NCBI GenBank assembly: GCA_934167365.1
Contig: CAKPKU010000001.1
Location: forward strand, 15,163-79,162
DNA: 64,000 nucleotides
Direction: 5' to 3'
Source of the DNA: an uncultured Clostridia bacterium
GTDB taxonomy: Bacteria > Bacillota > Clostridia > TANB77 > CAG-508
The notes under the pieces were generated by a model. That model did not search any database and was not told the origin of the DNA. It saw only the letters and a list, made by a program, of their open reading frames with translations. A program made the position numbers and the translations under genes. The stretch's first letter is position 1. Every line of letters starts with the position of its first letter. Below, piece after piece: positions 39,815-50,915 of the stretch.

Positions 39815-41551
39815 ATGAACTTTACTAAACAACTAAATAATTATATAACAAAAATAGACTGTTCTTCAAAAGATTTAGCAGATGCCTCTGGTCTTTCACC
39901 TACTGTTATAAGCCGTTATAGAAATGGTGAAAGAACTCCAAGTATAAGAAGTAAACAATTAGACTTACTAGCAAGCGGATTATTCAAGTTATCTACTGAA
40001 AAAAAACTTAAGACAACAAAAGAAGAAATATATAAAAGTCTTTCTGCTACATTAAATGATGTACACATTGATTTAGAGCAATTGGTTAAAAATTTTAATG
40101 AATTAGTTTCAATATTAAATATAAATTTAGCAGAAATGTCTCGAAAAATAGGCTTTGATTCATCATATCTTTCTAGATTACATACAGGTAATAAATTACC
40201 ATCAAAGCCCCAAATTTTTATTGATGATGTATGCAGTTTTATTGTAAGTAAATATAATACTGAATCTGATATAAAAACAATATCAATTCTTATAAACTGT
40301 TCAGAGGAAGACCTACAAAATAAATCTATTTATTTTGAAAATTTACGAAATTGGTTTTCTACTAATGTATCTCCTCAACCTGATTACATCAATGACTTTC
40401 TTACCAATTTAGATACTTTTAACTTAAATGAATACATAAAAGCAATTCATTTTGATGAGATGAAAATTCCATTTGTTCCTTTTTATAAATCTGGATCTAA
40501 AAATTATTATGGAATCGAGGAAATGAAAAAAGGCGAATTAGACTTTTTCAAAGCAACTGTTTTTTCAAAATCTAATGAACCTGTTTTTATGTGCAGTGAT
40601 ATGCCTATGGAAGATATGGCAAAAGATGTTGACTTTGGTAAAAAATGGATGTTTGCTATTGCTATGACACTAAAAAAAGGACTTCATTTAAATATAATTC
40701 ATAATCTTGATAGGCCATTTAATGAAATGATGTTAGGTTTAGAAAGTTGGATACCAATTTATATGACAGGACAAGTTTCACCATATTATTTAAAGGGTTA
40801 TCAAGATAATTTTTATAATCATTCCAACTATACATCTGGAAGTGTCGCTCTTACTGGAGAATGTATTCAAGGTCATCATGATAGTGGAAAATATTATTTG
40901 ACTAGTAATAAAACTGAAGTTGCATATTATAAAAATAAAGCAAATCATCTCCTTGAAAAAGCAAAACATTTGATGGATATATATAGACTTGAAAATAAAA
41001 ATGCTTTTAATGCTTTTCTATCCTCAAATGCTATTATTTCTGGAAACAGAAGGCGAATTTTATCATCATTGCCTATTCACACTATTTCTGATGATTTACT
41101 TTTACGAATTTTAAAAAAGAATAACATATCTGATAATGATATACAAACAATTGTAACATCTGTTAATGAGGAAAAACAAAGAATTCAAACTATTCTTGAT
41201 ACTAACATTTTCCAAGATGAGTTTTTTGAAATTTCAAAGAGTGCATTTGATGAGCAACCAGCAAAACTTGCTCTTTCTAACAGTTTTTGTGAAAGTAAAA
41301 TATATTATAATTACGAAGAATATTTGGAGCATGTAGAATTAACTAAATTATATGAGAAAAATACTATTAATTATAAATTGATAAAGAGCTCTTACCGTAC
41401 CTTTAAAAATATTCAAGTTCTTATTTTTGAAAAAAATTGGATTATGATTTCAAAAGATACTAGTCCATCTATTCATTTTGTAATTTATCATCCAAAACTT
41501 AGATCTGCTATTGAAAATTTTGTCCCTCCTATTATTGAAGATCAAATATAA
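39815..41551 (+). CDS. Dual XRE-type HTH protein with a large (about 400-aa) C-terminal domain of unrecognised family
   Basis: 578 aa. There are two HTH-like modules (SSKDLADASGLSPTVISRYRNGERTPS and NLAEMSRKIGFDSSYLSRLHTGNKLPS). The remainder matches no family I recognise. Confidence 0.6.
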   Translation: MNFTKQLNNYITKIDCSSKDLADASGLSPTVISRYRNGERTPSIRSKQLDLLASGLFKLSTEKKLKTTKEEIYKSLSATLNDVHIDLEQLVKNFNELVSILNINLAEMSRKIGFDSSYLSRLHTGNKLPSKPQIFIDDVCSFIVSKYNTESDIKTISILINCSEEDLQNKSIYFENLRNWFSTNVSPQPDYINDFLTNLDTFNLNEYIKAIHFDEMKIPFVPFYKSGSKNYYGIEEMKKGELDFFKATVFSKSNEPVFMCSDMPMEDMAKDVDFGKKWMFAIAMTLKKGLHLNIIHNLDRPFNEMMLGLESWIPIYMTGQVSPYYLKGYQDNFYNHSNYTSGSVALTGECIQGHHDSGKYYLTSNKTEVAYYKNKANHLLEKAKHLMDIYRLENKNAFNAFLSSNAIISGNRRRILSSLPIHTISDDLLLRILKKNNISDNDIQTIVTSVNEEKQRIQTILDTNIFQDEFFEISKSAFDEQPAKLALSNSFCESKIYYNYEEYLEHVELTKLYEKNTINYKLIKSSYRTFKNIQVLIFEKNWIMISKDTSPSIHFVIYHPKLRSAIENFVPPIIEDQI

Positions 41552-41567
41552 AAACATAAAAATACAT

Positions 41568-41607
41568 AAAAATCATTGAATTTACCAACGTATTTTCAAT
41601 GATTTTT
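41568..41607. terminator. Bidirectional intrinsic terminator between convergent genes (13-bp stem AAAAATCATTGAA / TTCAATGATTTTT)
   Basis: I read the hairpin directly. It is flanked by a T-run on the plus strand and an A-run upstream, which is a U-run on the minus strand. Confidence 0.5.
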
Positions 41608-41651
41608 ATTAATATATCATTTTTTTGCAATCTTTTTAATCAGATTAATTA

Positions 41652-43427
41652 CTAAATAACTCCATGCTCCTTAAGAATTTTTTCAATATCTGTTCCTTTA
41701 ACTTTTTTAATAAGCTCTTTTAATGCAATTTTTTCTTTTAATCCTAAATTCATATCTGTAATTGATTTTCCATCTCTTAATTGAACAGTAGCATTTAATA
41801 AATCACGAATATCATATACACTTCCCCAAACTTCTGGAACTCCACGATCTATGTTTAGTAATGTATAAACTGCCTCCATTGCTGTACGAATTGAATATTC
41901 GGTTGTAAATATTGTATCTCTTTTTGTTTCTGCAAATTGACCTAAAAAGGCAAAATTCACACTTCCTTCAGGAACTACTAATGGTCTGTCTCCAGCTGAT
42001 CTTGGCATAAAGAAAGCCGTAATATATGGCATCATACATGGAATTGTATTAGCACTATTTTCTGCCATATCTTCAATTTGATTTTCTGGAACTCCCAAAT
42101 GATATAACCATTCCATACATATTTCTTTACCAGTACAATCTCTCATTGCTTTTTTAATATAATTACCTGGTTTATCACTAAATAGCCCATAAATCCATCC
42201 CACAAGTTGACCTTTAGGCTGACTTCTAAATTGTGGCTGGCGATTAAATGTCCAACTTAATAACCAGTTTGAATCCTTAACAGTAACAATTCCTCCTGTT
42301 ACAACCTTTCCTGAAAAAGGATCTCTCTTACAAATTTTTTGAACATATGGTGGAATACGGTCATCTAATGTTGTTACAGTAGCACTCATCCAGTTACTTA
42401 ACTCCGGATTGTAACAAAATTTATTTGGATTTCCAAAAGCTGGATCTTGTGCTGCGATTTTACGCCACATATCCCATCCACCACCTGGTTTTATTTCAGT
42501 ATTAAATGGCGCAACCTCATTTTGACTACCCAATGTAGAGTTTTCAACACAACCACCATTTGTTATAAATACTAAATCATCTTCTAATAAATCAATATAA
42601 TCTTCTTTTCCATCACGAAAAACTACAATTCTTTTTGCTAATTTCTTATCTTGCTTTATATCAAATTCAACATTTTCAACTTTCACCCCATAATGGAACT
42701 GTACTCCAAAGCTTTCTAAATACTTAACCATAGGAAGTATCATTGATTCATATTGATTATACTTTGTAAATCTTAATGCTGTAAAATCAGGAAGTCCTCC
42801 AACATGATGTATAAAACGTTTGATATATAATTTCATCTCTAATGCACTATGCCAATTTTCAAAAGCAAACATTGTGCGCCAATATAACCAGAAATTTGAA
42901 TTTAATACTTCATCATCAAAAAAGTCTGTAATTTTTTTATCATATAACTCCTCATCAGGTGTAAAAAATAGTTTCATTATTTCCATTGCACCTTTATCAG
43001 ACAAGGCAAATTTTTTATCAGTATGAGCATCTTCACCTCTATTTACTGTTGCTCTCATTAACGAATAATTTGGATCTTCTTTATTTAACCAGTAATACTC
43101 ATCTAATACACTTACTCCTTCAGTTTCAATTGATGGTATAGATCGAAACAAATCCCACATACATTCAAAGTGATTATCCATTTCTCTTCCACCACGCATT
43201 ACATATCCTAAACTATTGTAAAGGTATCCATCACAAGCGCCTCCAGGAATTGGATCTTTTTCTAAAATATGAACACGCTCTCCCTTCATTTGTCCATCAC
43301 GAACCAAAAAACATGCTGCTGCTAATGCCCCTAATCCAGATCCTACAATATAAGCAGATTTTCTTTCCACACCTTCTGGTTTTCTTGGCTTAGCAAAAGC
43401 CTCATAATTTCCACTACTGTAATACAT
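41652..43427 (-). CDS. ohyA: Oleate hydratase (fatty-acid double-bond hydratase, MCRA family, FAD-dependent)
   Basis: 591 aa. It has the N-terminal YYSSGNYEAFAKP...AYIVGSGLGALAAACFL FAD-binding signature and a full-length 67-kDa myosin-cross-reactive-antigen architecture. Confidence 0.9.
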   Translation of the reverse strand: MYYSSGNYEAFAKPRKPEGVERKSAYIVGSGLGALAAACFLVRDGQMKGERVHILEKDPIPGGACDGYLYNSLGYVMRGGREMDNHFECMWDLFRSIPSIETEGVSVLDEYYWLNKEDPNYSLMRATVNRGEDAHTDKKFALSDKGAMEIMKLFFTPDEELYDKKITDFFDDEVLNSNFWLYWRTMFAFENWHSALEMKLYIKRFIHHVGGLPDFTALRFTKYNQYESMILPMVKYLESFGVQFHYGVKVENVEFDIKQDKKLAKRIVVFRDGKEDYIDLLEDDLVFITNGGCVENSTLGSQNEVAPFNTEIKPGGGWDMWRKIAAQDPAFGNPNKFCYNPELSNWMSATVTTLDDRIPPYVQKICKRDPFSGKVVTGGIVTVKDSNWLLSWTFNRQPQFRSQPKGQLVGWIYGLFSDKPGNYIKKAMRDCTGKEICMEWLYHLGVPENQIEDMAENSANTIPCMMPYITAFFMPRSAGDRPLVVPEGSVNFAFLGQFAETKRDTIFTTEYSIRTAMEAVYTLLNIDRGVPEVWGSVYDIRDLLNATVQLRDGKSITDMNLGLKEKIALKELIKKVKGTDIEKILKEHGVI

Positions 43428-43605
43428 AATTTTTTTCCTCCTTTATTGTTATTATGACACATTATAAAAATAATATTTTAAAATTTACAATAAACAAAAA
43501 AATACATATGTATAACTTTTTTACATTTTTTTAACTTTGTCTAAATTTCAATTTTTCGGGAATAAATTATAAAATATACCCAATGTACTTCTATTTGGGT
43601 ATATT

Positions 43606-44169
43606 TTATAATTTACTATATTCTAAATTTTCTAAAGCATTTTCAAAACTGCCTTCTATTATACTATTTAGTTTTTTTATTATATTATCAGGCTGCTCCT
43701 TCATTCCACATTCAATCCAATCTTGAACAATTCCAACAAAACCATATTTATAAAAATCTGCTATAAATTGTTTATCTTCCACTTTTACTCTCATATTTTT
43801 TGATTTTTCTTCTATTATATTCATTAATAATAAACTAGTTTGTTTGTAAATGAATCTCAAAAAAATTTCTCTGCTTATAGAATTATATGTATTTTTTACA
43901 AATTCTCTATTATTTAGTATATATTCAAATATAGACAAAAAACCTTGTTGCCAAGTATCATAAGTATCTTTTCCATTTATTGATTGTATTACTTCATTTA
44001 AATATATCCATTCCAACAAATCATATACATCTTTAAAATGATAATAAAAAGTTTGTCTGTTTACTCCACAATCATTTGTAATATTAGAAATTGTTATTTT
44101 AGATAATTCTTTTTTTGACAGTAGTTTTTTTAATGATGCAGCTAGTGCTTTTTTAGTTATCTCTGACAT
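43606..44169 (-). CDS. TetR/AcrR family transcriptional regulator
   Basis: 187 aa with the N-terminal HTH ITISNITNDCGVNRQTFYYHFKDVYDLLEW. It sits adjacent to ohyA, as is common for the hydratase's regulator. Confidence 0.8.
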   Translation of the reverse strand: MSEITKKALAASLKKLLSKKELSKITISNITNDCGVNRQTFYYHFKDVYDLLEWIYLNEVIQSINGKDTYDTWQQGFLSIFEYILNNREFVKNTYNSISREIFLRFIYKQTSLLLMNIIEEKSKNMRVKVEDKQFIADFYKYGFVGIVQDWIECGMKEQPDNIIKKLNSIIEGSFENALENLEYSKL

Positions 44170-44215
44170 TTATTTATCACCTCTATGAATTATTTCTTCA
44201 TCTGTTTTTTTATAA

Positions 44216-45274
44216 TCATTTCTGTTTCGTTACATATCCTTTTTTTAAATTTTTTGAATAATAATACATATCTATGCAATGTAAACCATTATCCCATATC
44301 TCTTCATTATAATTATCTATAAAGAAATTTTTTATTGTTTTTTCATATTTATCAAATCCTTGCTTAACATAGAATGGAATATTATTTTCTGATGTTCCAA
44401 CAATCATTTTTTCATATTTTGTTTTATAATTATCTGCTAAATATTTTATCATTTTCTTTCCATAGCCTTTTCCTCTGTATTCTTTTTTTGTTACTATGTT
44501 TTTTAGCTCTACTATATTTTCATTTATCTTTGTAACCACTGCTACACATGCTATATTTTCATTATATGTTAATACAAATAAATCTGCATTTCTTAAATAA
44601 TTATTTATTATATCTTTGCTTGGATCAGCTTCAAGTAATAAATCCATATATTGTTCTTTACTATCTTTTTCCTTTTTTATATTTATACTTCTTTTTACAG
44701 GAAGAAATTCAAATCCATCTGGTAATTTCGGCTTATTATTTGTTTGTGATAAAAAAACTTGTTCTTCAGAAAATATACATCCACAATACTTTTGCATATA
44801 TAAACCTTGCTCTATTGCTTTATTATGACCTTGCCAAAATCCCTTTCTAAAATCTATGTATAAAAAATTTATTCCGAATTCTTTACTCAAATCTTCCATT
44901 ATTTTTTTTATAAAATCATGTTTCTGATAAATACTATATAAAAGTGTTGTTGTTACTGTATCATATCCATTTTCTTTTGCATATTCAAATGTTTTTCTTA
45001 ATCGTACCAAATAACAATAATTTACACATCTTGCATTTAAATTATTTGATACATTTTTACAAAACTCATCTAAGCCATATTCATTATTAAATATGGCTTT
45101 TACATTAACTCTTTCAGCATATTGTTTTAAACAATCTCTTCTTGCTGTATATTCTGTATATGGGTGTATGTTTGGGTTGTACCAATATAATGTTGGCTCT
45201 ATACCATTTTTTCTTAATTCATCTATACAATATACACTACATGGTGCACAACAAGTGTGCATTAACAATTTCAT
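44216..45274 (-). CDS. queH: Epoxyqueuosine reductase QueH (DUF208) fused to a C-terminal GNAT acetyltransferase domain
   Basis: 352 aa. It has the N-terminal MKLLMHTCCAPCS cysteine motif and the downstream CGC cluster (YCGCIFSEE) of QueH. The C-terminal roughly 130 aa carries GNAT motif A (ELKNIVTKKEYRGKGYGKKMI). Confidence 0.7.
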   Translation of the reverse strand: MKLLMHTCCAPCSVYCIDELRKNGIEPTLYWYNPNIHPYTEYTARRDCLKQYAERVNVKAIFNNEYGLDEFCKNVSNNLNARCVNYCYLVRLRKTFEYAKENGYDTVTTTLLYSIYQKHDFIKKIMEDLSKEFGINFLYIDFRKGFWQGHNKAIEQGLYMQKYCGCIFSEEQVFLSQTNNKPKLPDGFEFLPVKRSINIKKEKDSKEQYMDLLLEADPSKDIINNYLRNADLFVLTYNENIACVAVVTKINENIVELKNIVTKKEYRGKGYGKKMIKYLADNYKTKYEKMIVGTSENNIPFYVKQGFDKYEKTIKNFFIDNYNEEIWDNGLHCIDMYYYSKNLKKGYVTKQK

Positions 45275-45301
45275 TTTTTATTCCTCTCTTCATATTTTAT
45301 A

Positions 45302-46945
45302 TTATTGCTCTGTTGGTTGACTTTGTGGCACTATTTCTTCTTGTTGATTTTGAACTGTGTTTTCCGCTTCTTCACTATTTGTTTGTTCATTATTACTTTG
45401 ATCTACACTATTATTTTCAGTATTTTGTGGTGGTTCTTCTGTTTGCTCTTCTGTTTTGGAATTGTTTTCATATACATCAAATATATCAACAGATTCAATA
45501 TATTTCATATTATCTTTTATATATGACCTAACCCTTTCAGGTGTTTGCCAATTTCTATTATATTCATCTTTTAAAATTAAGTATTTTGCATCTTCATTTT
45601 TTATATTATCTATTTGTTTTTCTTCTACTCCTGAACCTAAATTTCCCAATAAAAATAGGTCATAATCTTTATTATATCTATCAAGTGGTATCATGTATAT
45701 GGCTGCTGTTGAATCTAATATATAAACTTTCTTTTGTGAAGAGCTAATATATTTATCTACTGATGTTATTGATTTATATACACTTTCAGATATATTAATT
45801 TGATAGAAGTGATTTACTAGCTTATATTTGCTTAAATTTCCTAAAGTTTCATCATATTTTACAACAAAAAATAAAGCTAAAGAAATTGTGCCTAAAACTG
45901 TAATAATCTCAAGAAATTCCATTATATATTTTTCAATAAAAGTTTTCTTAATAAATCTTCTAAATATTTTTACTAATTCATATACAAATAAAATAATTAT
46001 TGGAATTACAGCAATAACAAAATGAAACTCATCTGCAATAGGATATACTAAAATAAAAATAGGTAATGTATATACTGTTAATATGAATAAATTTTTATCT
46101 ACTTTCTTTTTTAATTTTAATACAATATTAAATACAATTGTAATAATTAATAATATTGGTGCGATTATACCTAATATTTTAATATATATTTTTTGTGAGT
46201 TTATCAAATCCTTATAACTTATAGTATTGCTAAATGTTTTTATTCCTTTAATTGCATAATCTATAAATTCGTGAAATGCATTATTAACCATTAAATATAT
46301 TATAAATGCTATTATTGGAATAATCATACCAATAATTCTAATTCCTATATGTTTTAATACATTTTTAATATCATCTTTTTTATTTATAAAAAATAATGGA
46401 CTACATATAATAACTCCACATATTAATACTCCAATTGTTTGTTTTGTACAAACTGCTAGTCCACCTAGTAATCCTATAAAAAGTTCTTTTACTATAATAT
46501 TACTATTTTTTCTAATACAGCTTAGCTCTAATAAAATAATTATTGCGGTTAAACACATTATAAAATAATTATAATTTAAACCTAAATAACTTAATTGAAG
46601 CAATAATATAGATATAACTGAAACTTTAGATATTGTTTTTGATATATTTAGCTTTCTAAAAATATTATATATTAGCACAAAAATAATAAATGTTAATAAT
46701 ATTAAAATTGCTCTTGTTATAAAAAGCTCTTGACCAAAAAGTTTCAAAAAAGGTGCAACTATAAAACTCAATAATGGTGTTACAACCATATTTATATCTT
46801 TATATGGCACTAATCCATTTGCTATACATCTTGCTAAATTAAAGTTCCATATTTCATCTAAATTTGATAAACTACTAGACATTACATTAGTAGCTATTAT
46901 AATTAAAATTCCAGACCAAAAAATAAAACCTCTCAAGTTTTTCAT
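45302..46945 (-). CDS. Polytopic membrane protein, putative GT-C family glycosyltransferase (ArnT/PMT-like) with an acidic Q/E/N-rich C-terminal tail
   Basis: 547 aa with about 12 TM helices. The N-terminal loop DEIWNFNLARCIANGLVPYKD resembles the first extracytoplasmic loop of GT39/GT83 enzymes. Confidence 0.4.
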   Translation of the reverse strand: MKNLRGFIFWSGILIIIATNVMSSSLSNLDEIWNFNLARCIANGLVPYKDINMVVTPLLSFIVAPFLKLFGQELFITRAILILLTFIIFVLIYNIFRKLNISKTISKVSVISILLLQLSYLGLNYNYFIMCLTAIIILLELSCIRKNSNIIVKELFIGLLGGLAVCTKQTIGVLICGVIICSPLFFINKKDDIKNVLKHIGIRIIGMIIPIIAFIIYLMVNNAFHEFIDYAIKGIKTFSNTISYKDLINSQKIYIKILGIIAPILLIITIVFNIVLKLKKKVDKNLFILTVYTLPIFILVYPIADEFHFVIAVIPIIILFVYELVKIFRRFIKKTFIEKYIMEFLEIITVLGTISLALFFVVKYDETLGNLSKYKLVNHFYQINISESVYKSITSVDKYISSSQKKVYILDSTAAIYMIPLDRYNKDYDLFLLGNLGSGVEEKQIDNIKNEDAKYLILKDEYNRNWQTPERVRSYIKDNMKYIESVDIFDVYENNSKTEEQTEEPPQNTENNSVDQSNNEQTNSEEAENTVQNQQEEIVPQSQPTEQ

Positions 46946-46972
46946 AAATAATCAAATCCTCTCCTACGATTA

Positions 46973-47983
46973 TTATTTAAGTTCATATCCCATATGCGTA
47001 TATGCTGCTGGTAATGGTATTCTACCTCTTATTGTTCTTGCAATAAATCCTATTTGAATTAAATATGGTTCATATACATCTTCTAAAGTATCTATTTCCT
47101 CACCTATTGTTGTAGCTAATGCCTCAATACCTACTGGTCTTCCACCATATTTTTCTATCATAGTTTCTAGAATTTTTCTATCAACATCATCAAGCCCCAT
47201 TTCATCTATTTCTAATCTATTTAGAGCTATTTTAGTTAATTTAATATCAATATCATTATTTGCTAAAACTATTGCATAATCTCTAACCCTTTTTAATAAT
47301 CTATTAGCAATTCTTGGTGTCCCTCTTGATCTTCTAGCAATCTCTTCTGCTGATAAATCATCTATATTTACTCCTAATATTCTTGCTGATCTTTTAACAA
47401 TTGTTTTTAAATCATCTATATTATATAGCTCTAATCTACTTACAATTCCAAACCTATCTCTTAATGGAGTTGATAAAGATCCAGCTTTTGTTGTTGCTCC
47501 TATTAAAGTAAATTTAGGTAAATCTATTCTTATCGATTTTGAAGTTGGACCTTTTCCTATTACTATATCCAAAGTATAATCTTCTAAAGCAGGATATAAT
47601 ATTTCTTCTACATTTTTATTTAATCTATGTATTTCATCTATAAATAAAACATCAAATTCTGATAAATTTGTAAGTAATGCTGCTAAATCTCCTGCCTTTT
47701 CTATTGCTGGACCTGATGTAACTTTTATATTAGAGTTCATTTCATTTGCAATTATATTTGATAAAGTTGTTTTACCTAATCCCGGAGGTCCATATAGCAA
47801 AACATGATCAAGTGGCTCTCCTCTTTTTTTAGCCGCTTCTATATAAATCTTCATATTTTCTTTTACTTTAGATTGCCCAATATAATCATCTAGTATTTTG
47901 GGTCTTAATGAAGTTTCTAGATTTTCCTCACCTACATCCTTCAATTCAGGACTTATTATTTGTCTGCCATCCATTTTTTCCAT
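46973..47983 (-). CDS. ruvB: Holliday junction branch-migration helicase RuvB
   Basis: 336 aa with Walker [11 protein letters not shown], Walker B FIDEIHRL, sensor and arginine-finger regions. No ruvA is adjacent. Confidence 0.95.
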   Translation of the reverse strand: MEKMDGRQIISPELKDVGEENLETSLRPKILDDYIGQSKVKENMKIYIEAAKKRGEPLDHVLLYGPPGLGKTTLSNIIANEMNSNIKVTSGPAIEKAGDLAALLTNLSEFDVLFIDEIHRLNKNVEEILYPALEDYTLDIVIGKGPTSKSIRIDLPKFTLIGATTKAGSLSTPLRDRFGIVSRLELYNIDDLKTIVKRSARILGVNIDDLSAEEIARRSRGTPRIANRLLKRVRDYAIVLANNDIDIKLTKIALNRLEIDEMGLDDVDRKILETMIEKYGGRPVGIEALATTIGEEIDTLEDVYEPYLIQIGFIARTIRGRIPLPAAYTHMGYELK

Positions 47984-48000
47984 CCTTTCTTGTCTTTTGC

Positions 48001-49896
48001 TTATTTTAATAAATTATTCAAAACTATTGAATTTGATATTGATAACTCATCATTCATATTTTTTTCATAACATTTTAATAATTGACTTTTTTCATCATCT
48101 ATTTCATCTAAATTAACCTCTGTACCATCAGACCTATAAAACCAAATTCCATTATAGTAATAATCATCTGTTACAATAATTCCATTATTAATACATGCAA
48201 AATCTTTATTTGATAACATATTTGTTCCAAGCGAAATTCCATCTTCAATTCCTGAAAGATAGCATAAGGTTGGTTTTATATCTAATTTACTTACAGTTCT
48301 AGTTATTTCCATCTTTTTTACATTTGGAATATGTACTCCACAAACTACATTAGCATAATTTATTTCTGTTTCTACATTGTTATATTCATGGTCAGTATCT
48401 TTTATAAACTCTAACATTTCCTCATTATACATTTGAAGTCCATAATGATCTCCAAATATAAATATCACAGTATTATCATATAAACCAGCTTTCTTTAATT
48501 CTTCGACAAATATTCCAAATGCATAATCTGCATAATTTACTGCTTCTAAATAATTTCCAAAATATGTATCTTTGTATTTTCCTACATCAATTGATACTTT
48601 ACTGTATTTATCCTCAATACCTGGTAAATCAAATCCTGTATGAGATGATGCACTTATTATATTTGCAAAAAATGGTGAATCACTTTTACTTATTTTTTCT
48701 ACTGCCTGTCTATACAAAGCTTCATCTGATAACCAACCATTAATTAATTCACTATCAGGATCAAAACTATCTATAAAATTAATACTATCTATATTTAATA
48801 ATCTATAAACATTTTTACGATTCCAAAATGCTCCATCATTTCCGTGCATATACATAGTATAATAATCAGCATTTTTATATAATTTAAATATATCATCATA
48901 TGTATTAGAGCTATATTGTGCAAAAGCCATACCATTTTCTAATGGATATAATGATGATATAACTGAATGTTCTGAATCTGCTGTTGTCGAATAACTTTGA
49001 ATTATCATATTATCAACTTGCACATTTTCATTTAAAAATTTATTTAAATTAGGTGTGATTTCTTTTCCATTTATTGATTTATTTATTACAAAATTTTGTA
49101 TTGACTCTAATTGTAACAAAATAACATTTTTTCCTTCTGCCACCCCACTCAAATCATAATCTATATTATCATATTTATCTGAATAATTATCTTTTAATTC
49201 AGTATATGCTCCAAGCATATCAAATTTATTTGTATATTTTGCTGTTTTCTTTAAATTCATATTACTTTGTACATCTAAATAATGAAATGTGTATAAAGTT
49301 CCTTTTTCTAATTGCATTTTTTTATTATATCTGCAAATTTCAGCATCTAATACATAATTTGATATTGTGGAATTATAAACAGTTAACATTATTATTGTAT
49401 ATAATATAGCAGGTTTCCAACTCTTTGTTTTAATATGTTGTATCTTAATATATTTAGTTATTATAAGTATAACCATAATTATAATATCTATAAAATACAT
49501 AAGTTGAGAAAAATTGAATAAGTCTGATATAGCATTTGTTATTTGTTCTGAATATTGCAAATTACTTATTTGTGCAATAGAAATTAAACTTGTTGAATAC
49601 CCATAATACAAATCATCTGCAAACATTAAAATACTCAATAGTAAATTTATGATATTTCCAAAAATAAATCTGCCTCTATTTTTCAATAAAAATAATGGAG
49701 TAACCACAAACATTGAAAAAATAAATGTTTTTGATATAATCTCCATATTCATTATGTCTGATTGATAAATTGTATTTCTATAAAAATGACACATTTTTAT
49801 AAATAGAATTATACCTATGAATATAATATATAGCTCTGAATTTACAATTTTATTAATATATTTTTTTAATACATCTATTGGTTTATTATTCATCAA
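48001..49896 (-). CDS. LTA synthase family protein (sulfatase-fold polyglycerol-phosphate or sugar-phosphate transferase)
   Basis: 631 aa. It has 5 N-terminal TM helices plus an extracellular sulfatase-like domain ([15 protein letters not shown]). Confidence 0.8.
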   Translation of the reverse strand: MMNNKPIDVLKKYINKIVNSELYIIFIGIILFIKMCHFYRNTIYQSDIMNMEIISKTFIFSMFVVTPLFLLKNRGRFIFGNIINLLLSILMFADDLYYGYSTSLISIAQISNLQYSEQITNAISDLFNFSQLMYFIDIIIMVILIITKYIKIQHIKTKSWKPAILYTIIMLTVYNSTISNYVLDAEICRYNKKMQLEKGTLYTFHYLDVQSNMNLKKTAKYTNKFDMLGAYTELKDNYSDKYDNIDYDLSGVAEGKNVILLQLESIQNFVINKSINGKEITPNLNKFLNENVQVDNMIIQSYSTTADSEHSVISSLYPLENGMAFAQYSSNTYDDIFKLYKNADYYTMYMHGNDGAFWNRKNVYRLLNIDSINFIDSFDPDSELINGWLSDEALYRQAVEKISKSDSPFFANIISASSHTGFDLPGIEDKYSKVSIDVGKYKDTYFGNYLEAVNYADYAFGIFVEELKKAGLYDNTVIFIFGDHYGLQMYNEEMLEFIKDTDHEYNNVETEINYANVVCGVHIPNVKKMEITRTVSKLDIKPTLCYLSGIEDGISLGTNMLSNKDFACINNGIIVTDDYYYNGIWFYRSDGTEVNLDEIDDEKSQLLKCYEKNMNDELSISNSIVLNNLLK

Positions 49897-49910
49897 CTAC
49901 CCCTTTTCAT

Positions 49911-50390
49911 TTAATTATTATCTATAAAATCTTCAATAATTGTAATTACACTGCTTTTACTTCTTTTGTATTCTTTTGGTATAAAATTTTTCATAGATTT
50001 AATCGTTTTACCAAGCTCATTTATATCTAATACAGATTTAACATAACCTAAACTTTTAAAACGTTCTGCTATTTGAATTTGATGATCATTTACATGCTCT
50101 CCATATTGTTTTAGTCTAGGTACAACAATAACTTTTTTTCCTTTTTCTAATGATGATATAATTGAACCAACACCACCATGTGTAATAATTAAATCTGCCT
50201 CATCTTGGAGCTTTGAAAATTTTTCTTTATCTATCATAGAAAAAATTTTCATATCTTTTGAATCAAACTTCGTAAAACCTGCTTGAACCACTACCTCATC
50301 ATCTATAACACCATTATCTATGTTTTCTTGTATAGCATTTAATAATCTATTAAAATTATTATTTTGTGTTCCCAATAAAACTAAAATCAT
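49911..50390 (-). CDS. Alg13-like glycosyltransferase C-terminal-domain protein (GT28 C-terminal; EpsF/Cps14G/PssE-like)
   Basis: 159 aa with ITHGGVGSIISSLEKGKKVIVVP, the typical split-MurG-like acceptor and UDP-sugar binding half. Confidence 0.75.
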   Translation of the reverse strand: MILVLLGTQNNNFNRLLNAIQENIDNGVIDDEVVVQAGFTKFDSKDMKIFSMIDKEKFSKLQDEADLIITHGGVGSIISSLEKGKKVIVVPRLKQYGEHVNDHQIQIAERFKSLGYVKSVLDINELGKTIKSMKNFIPKEYKRSKSSVITIIEDFIDNN

Positions 50391-50438
50391 ATTTCTTCTT
50401 TTATAATCAATTATATTTAATTGATTATATCCTTTCTT

Positions 50439-50909
50439 TTAATTTAATATATTGATCCTCCATAAGTTGCCTTTGGACTTAAGCATCTCTTTCCATTGAA
50501 CTATAAATAAATTAGCTATTGGATATATCATTTTTCCAGATAATGTTTTTGATTTTGAATTAGCAAATGTTTCTATAAAAATTATTTTACTACCAAACAA
50601 TTTTCCTAAATAACACATTGGTCCAGCTGTATGTGTTCCTGTTGTTACAATATATTTAGGTCTAATTTTAAAATATAAATATATTGTTTTAAAACATAAA
50701 AACAAATATTTAAAAATATATGTAAATAACTTACTTCTGGTTCCATATGGCAAATAGTAAATTTTATTACCATATTCTTTTTTTAGCCCTTCATTTGTTT
50801 TATCCCTTTCAGTTATTATATACGAATCATACTTTTTAAACAATGGTTTTAATTGGAGTAATTCACTAAAATGCCCACCTGTGCTTGAAATAAACAAAAC
50901 TTTTTTCAT
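50439..50909 (-). CDS. Alg14-like glycosyltransferase subunit (EpsE/Cps14F/PssD-like, membrane-association half)
   Basis: 156 aa with MKKVLFISSTGGHFSEL...IVTTGTHTAGPMCY. Confidence 0.75.
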   Translation of the reverse strand: MKKVLFISSTGGHFSELLQLKPLFKKYDSYIITERDKTNEGLKKEYGNKIYYLPYGTRSKLFTYIFKYLFLCFKTIYLYFKIRPKYIVTTGTHTAGPMCYLGKLFGSKIIFIETFANSKSKTLSGKMIYPIANLFIVQWKEMLKSKGNLWRINILN

Positions 50910-50915
50910 AATTAA

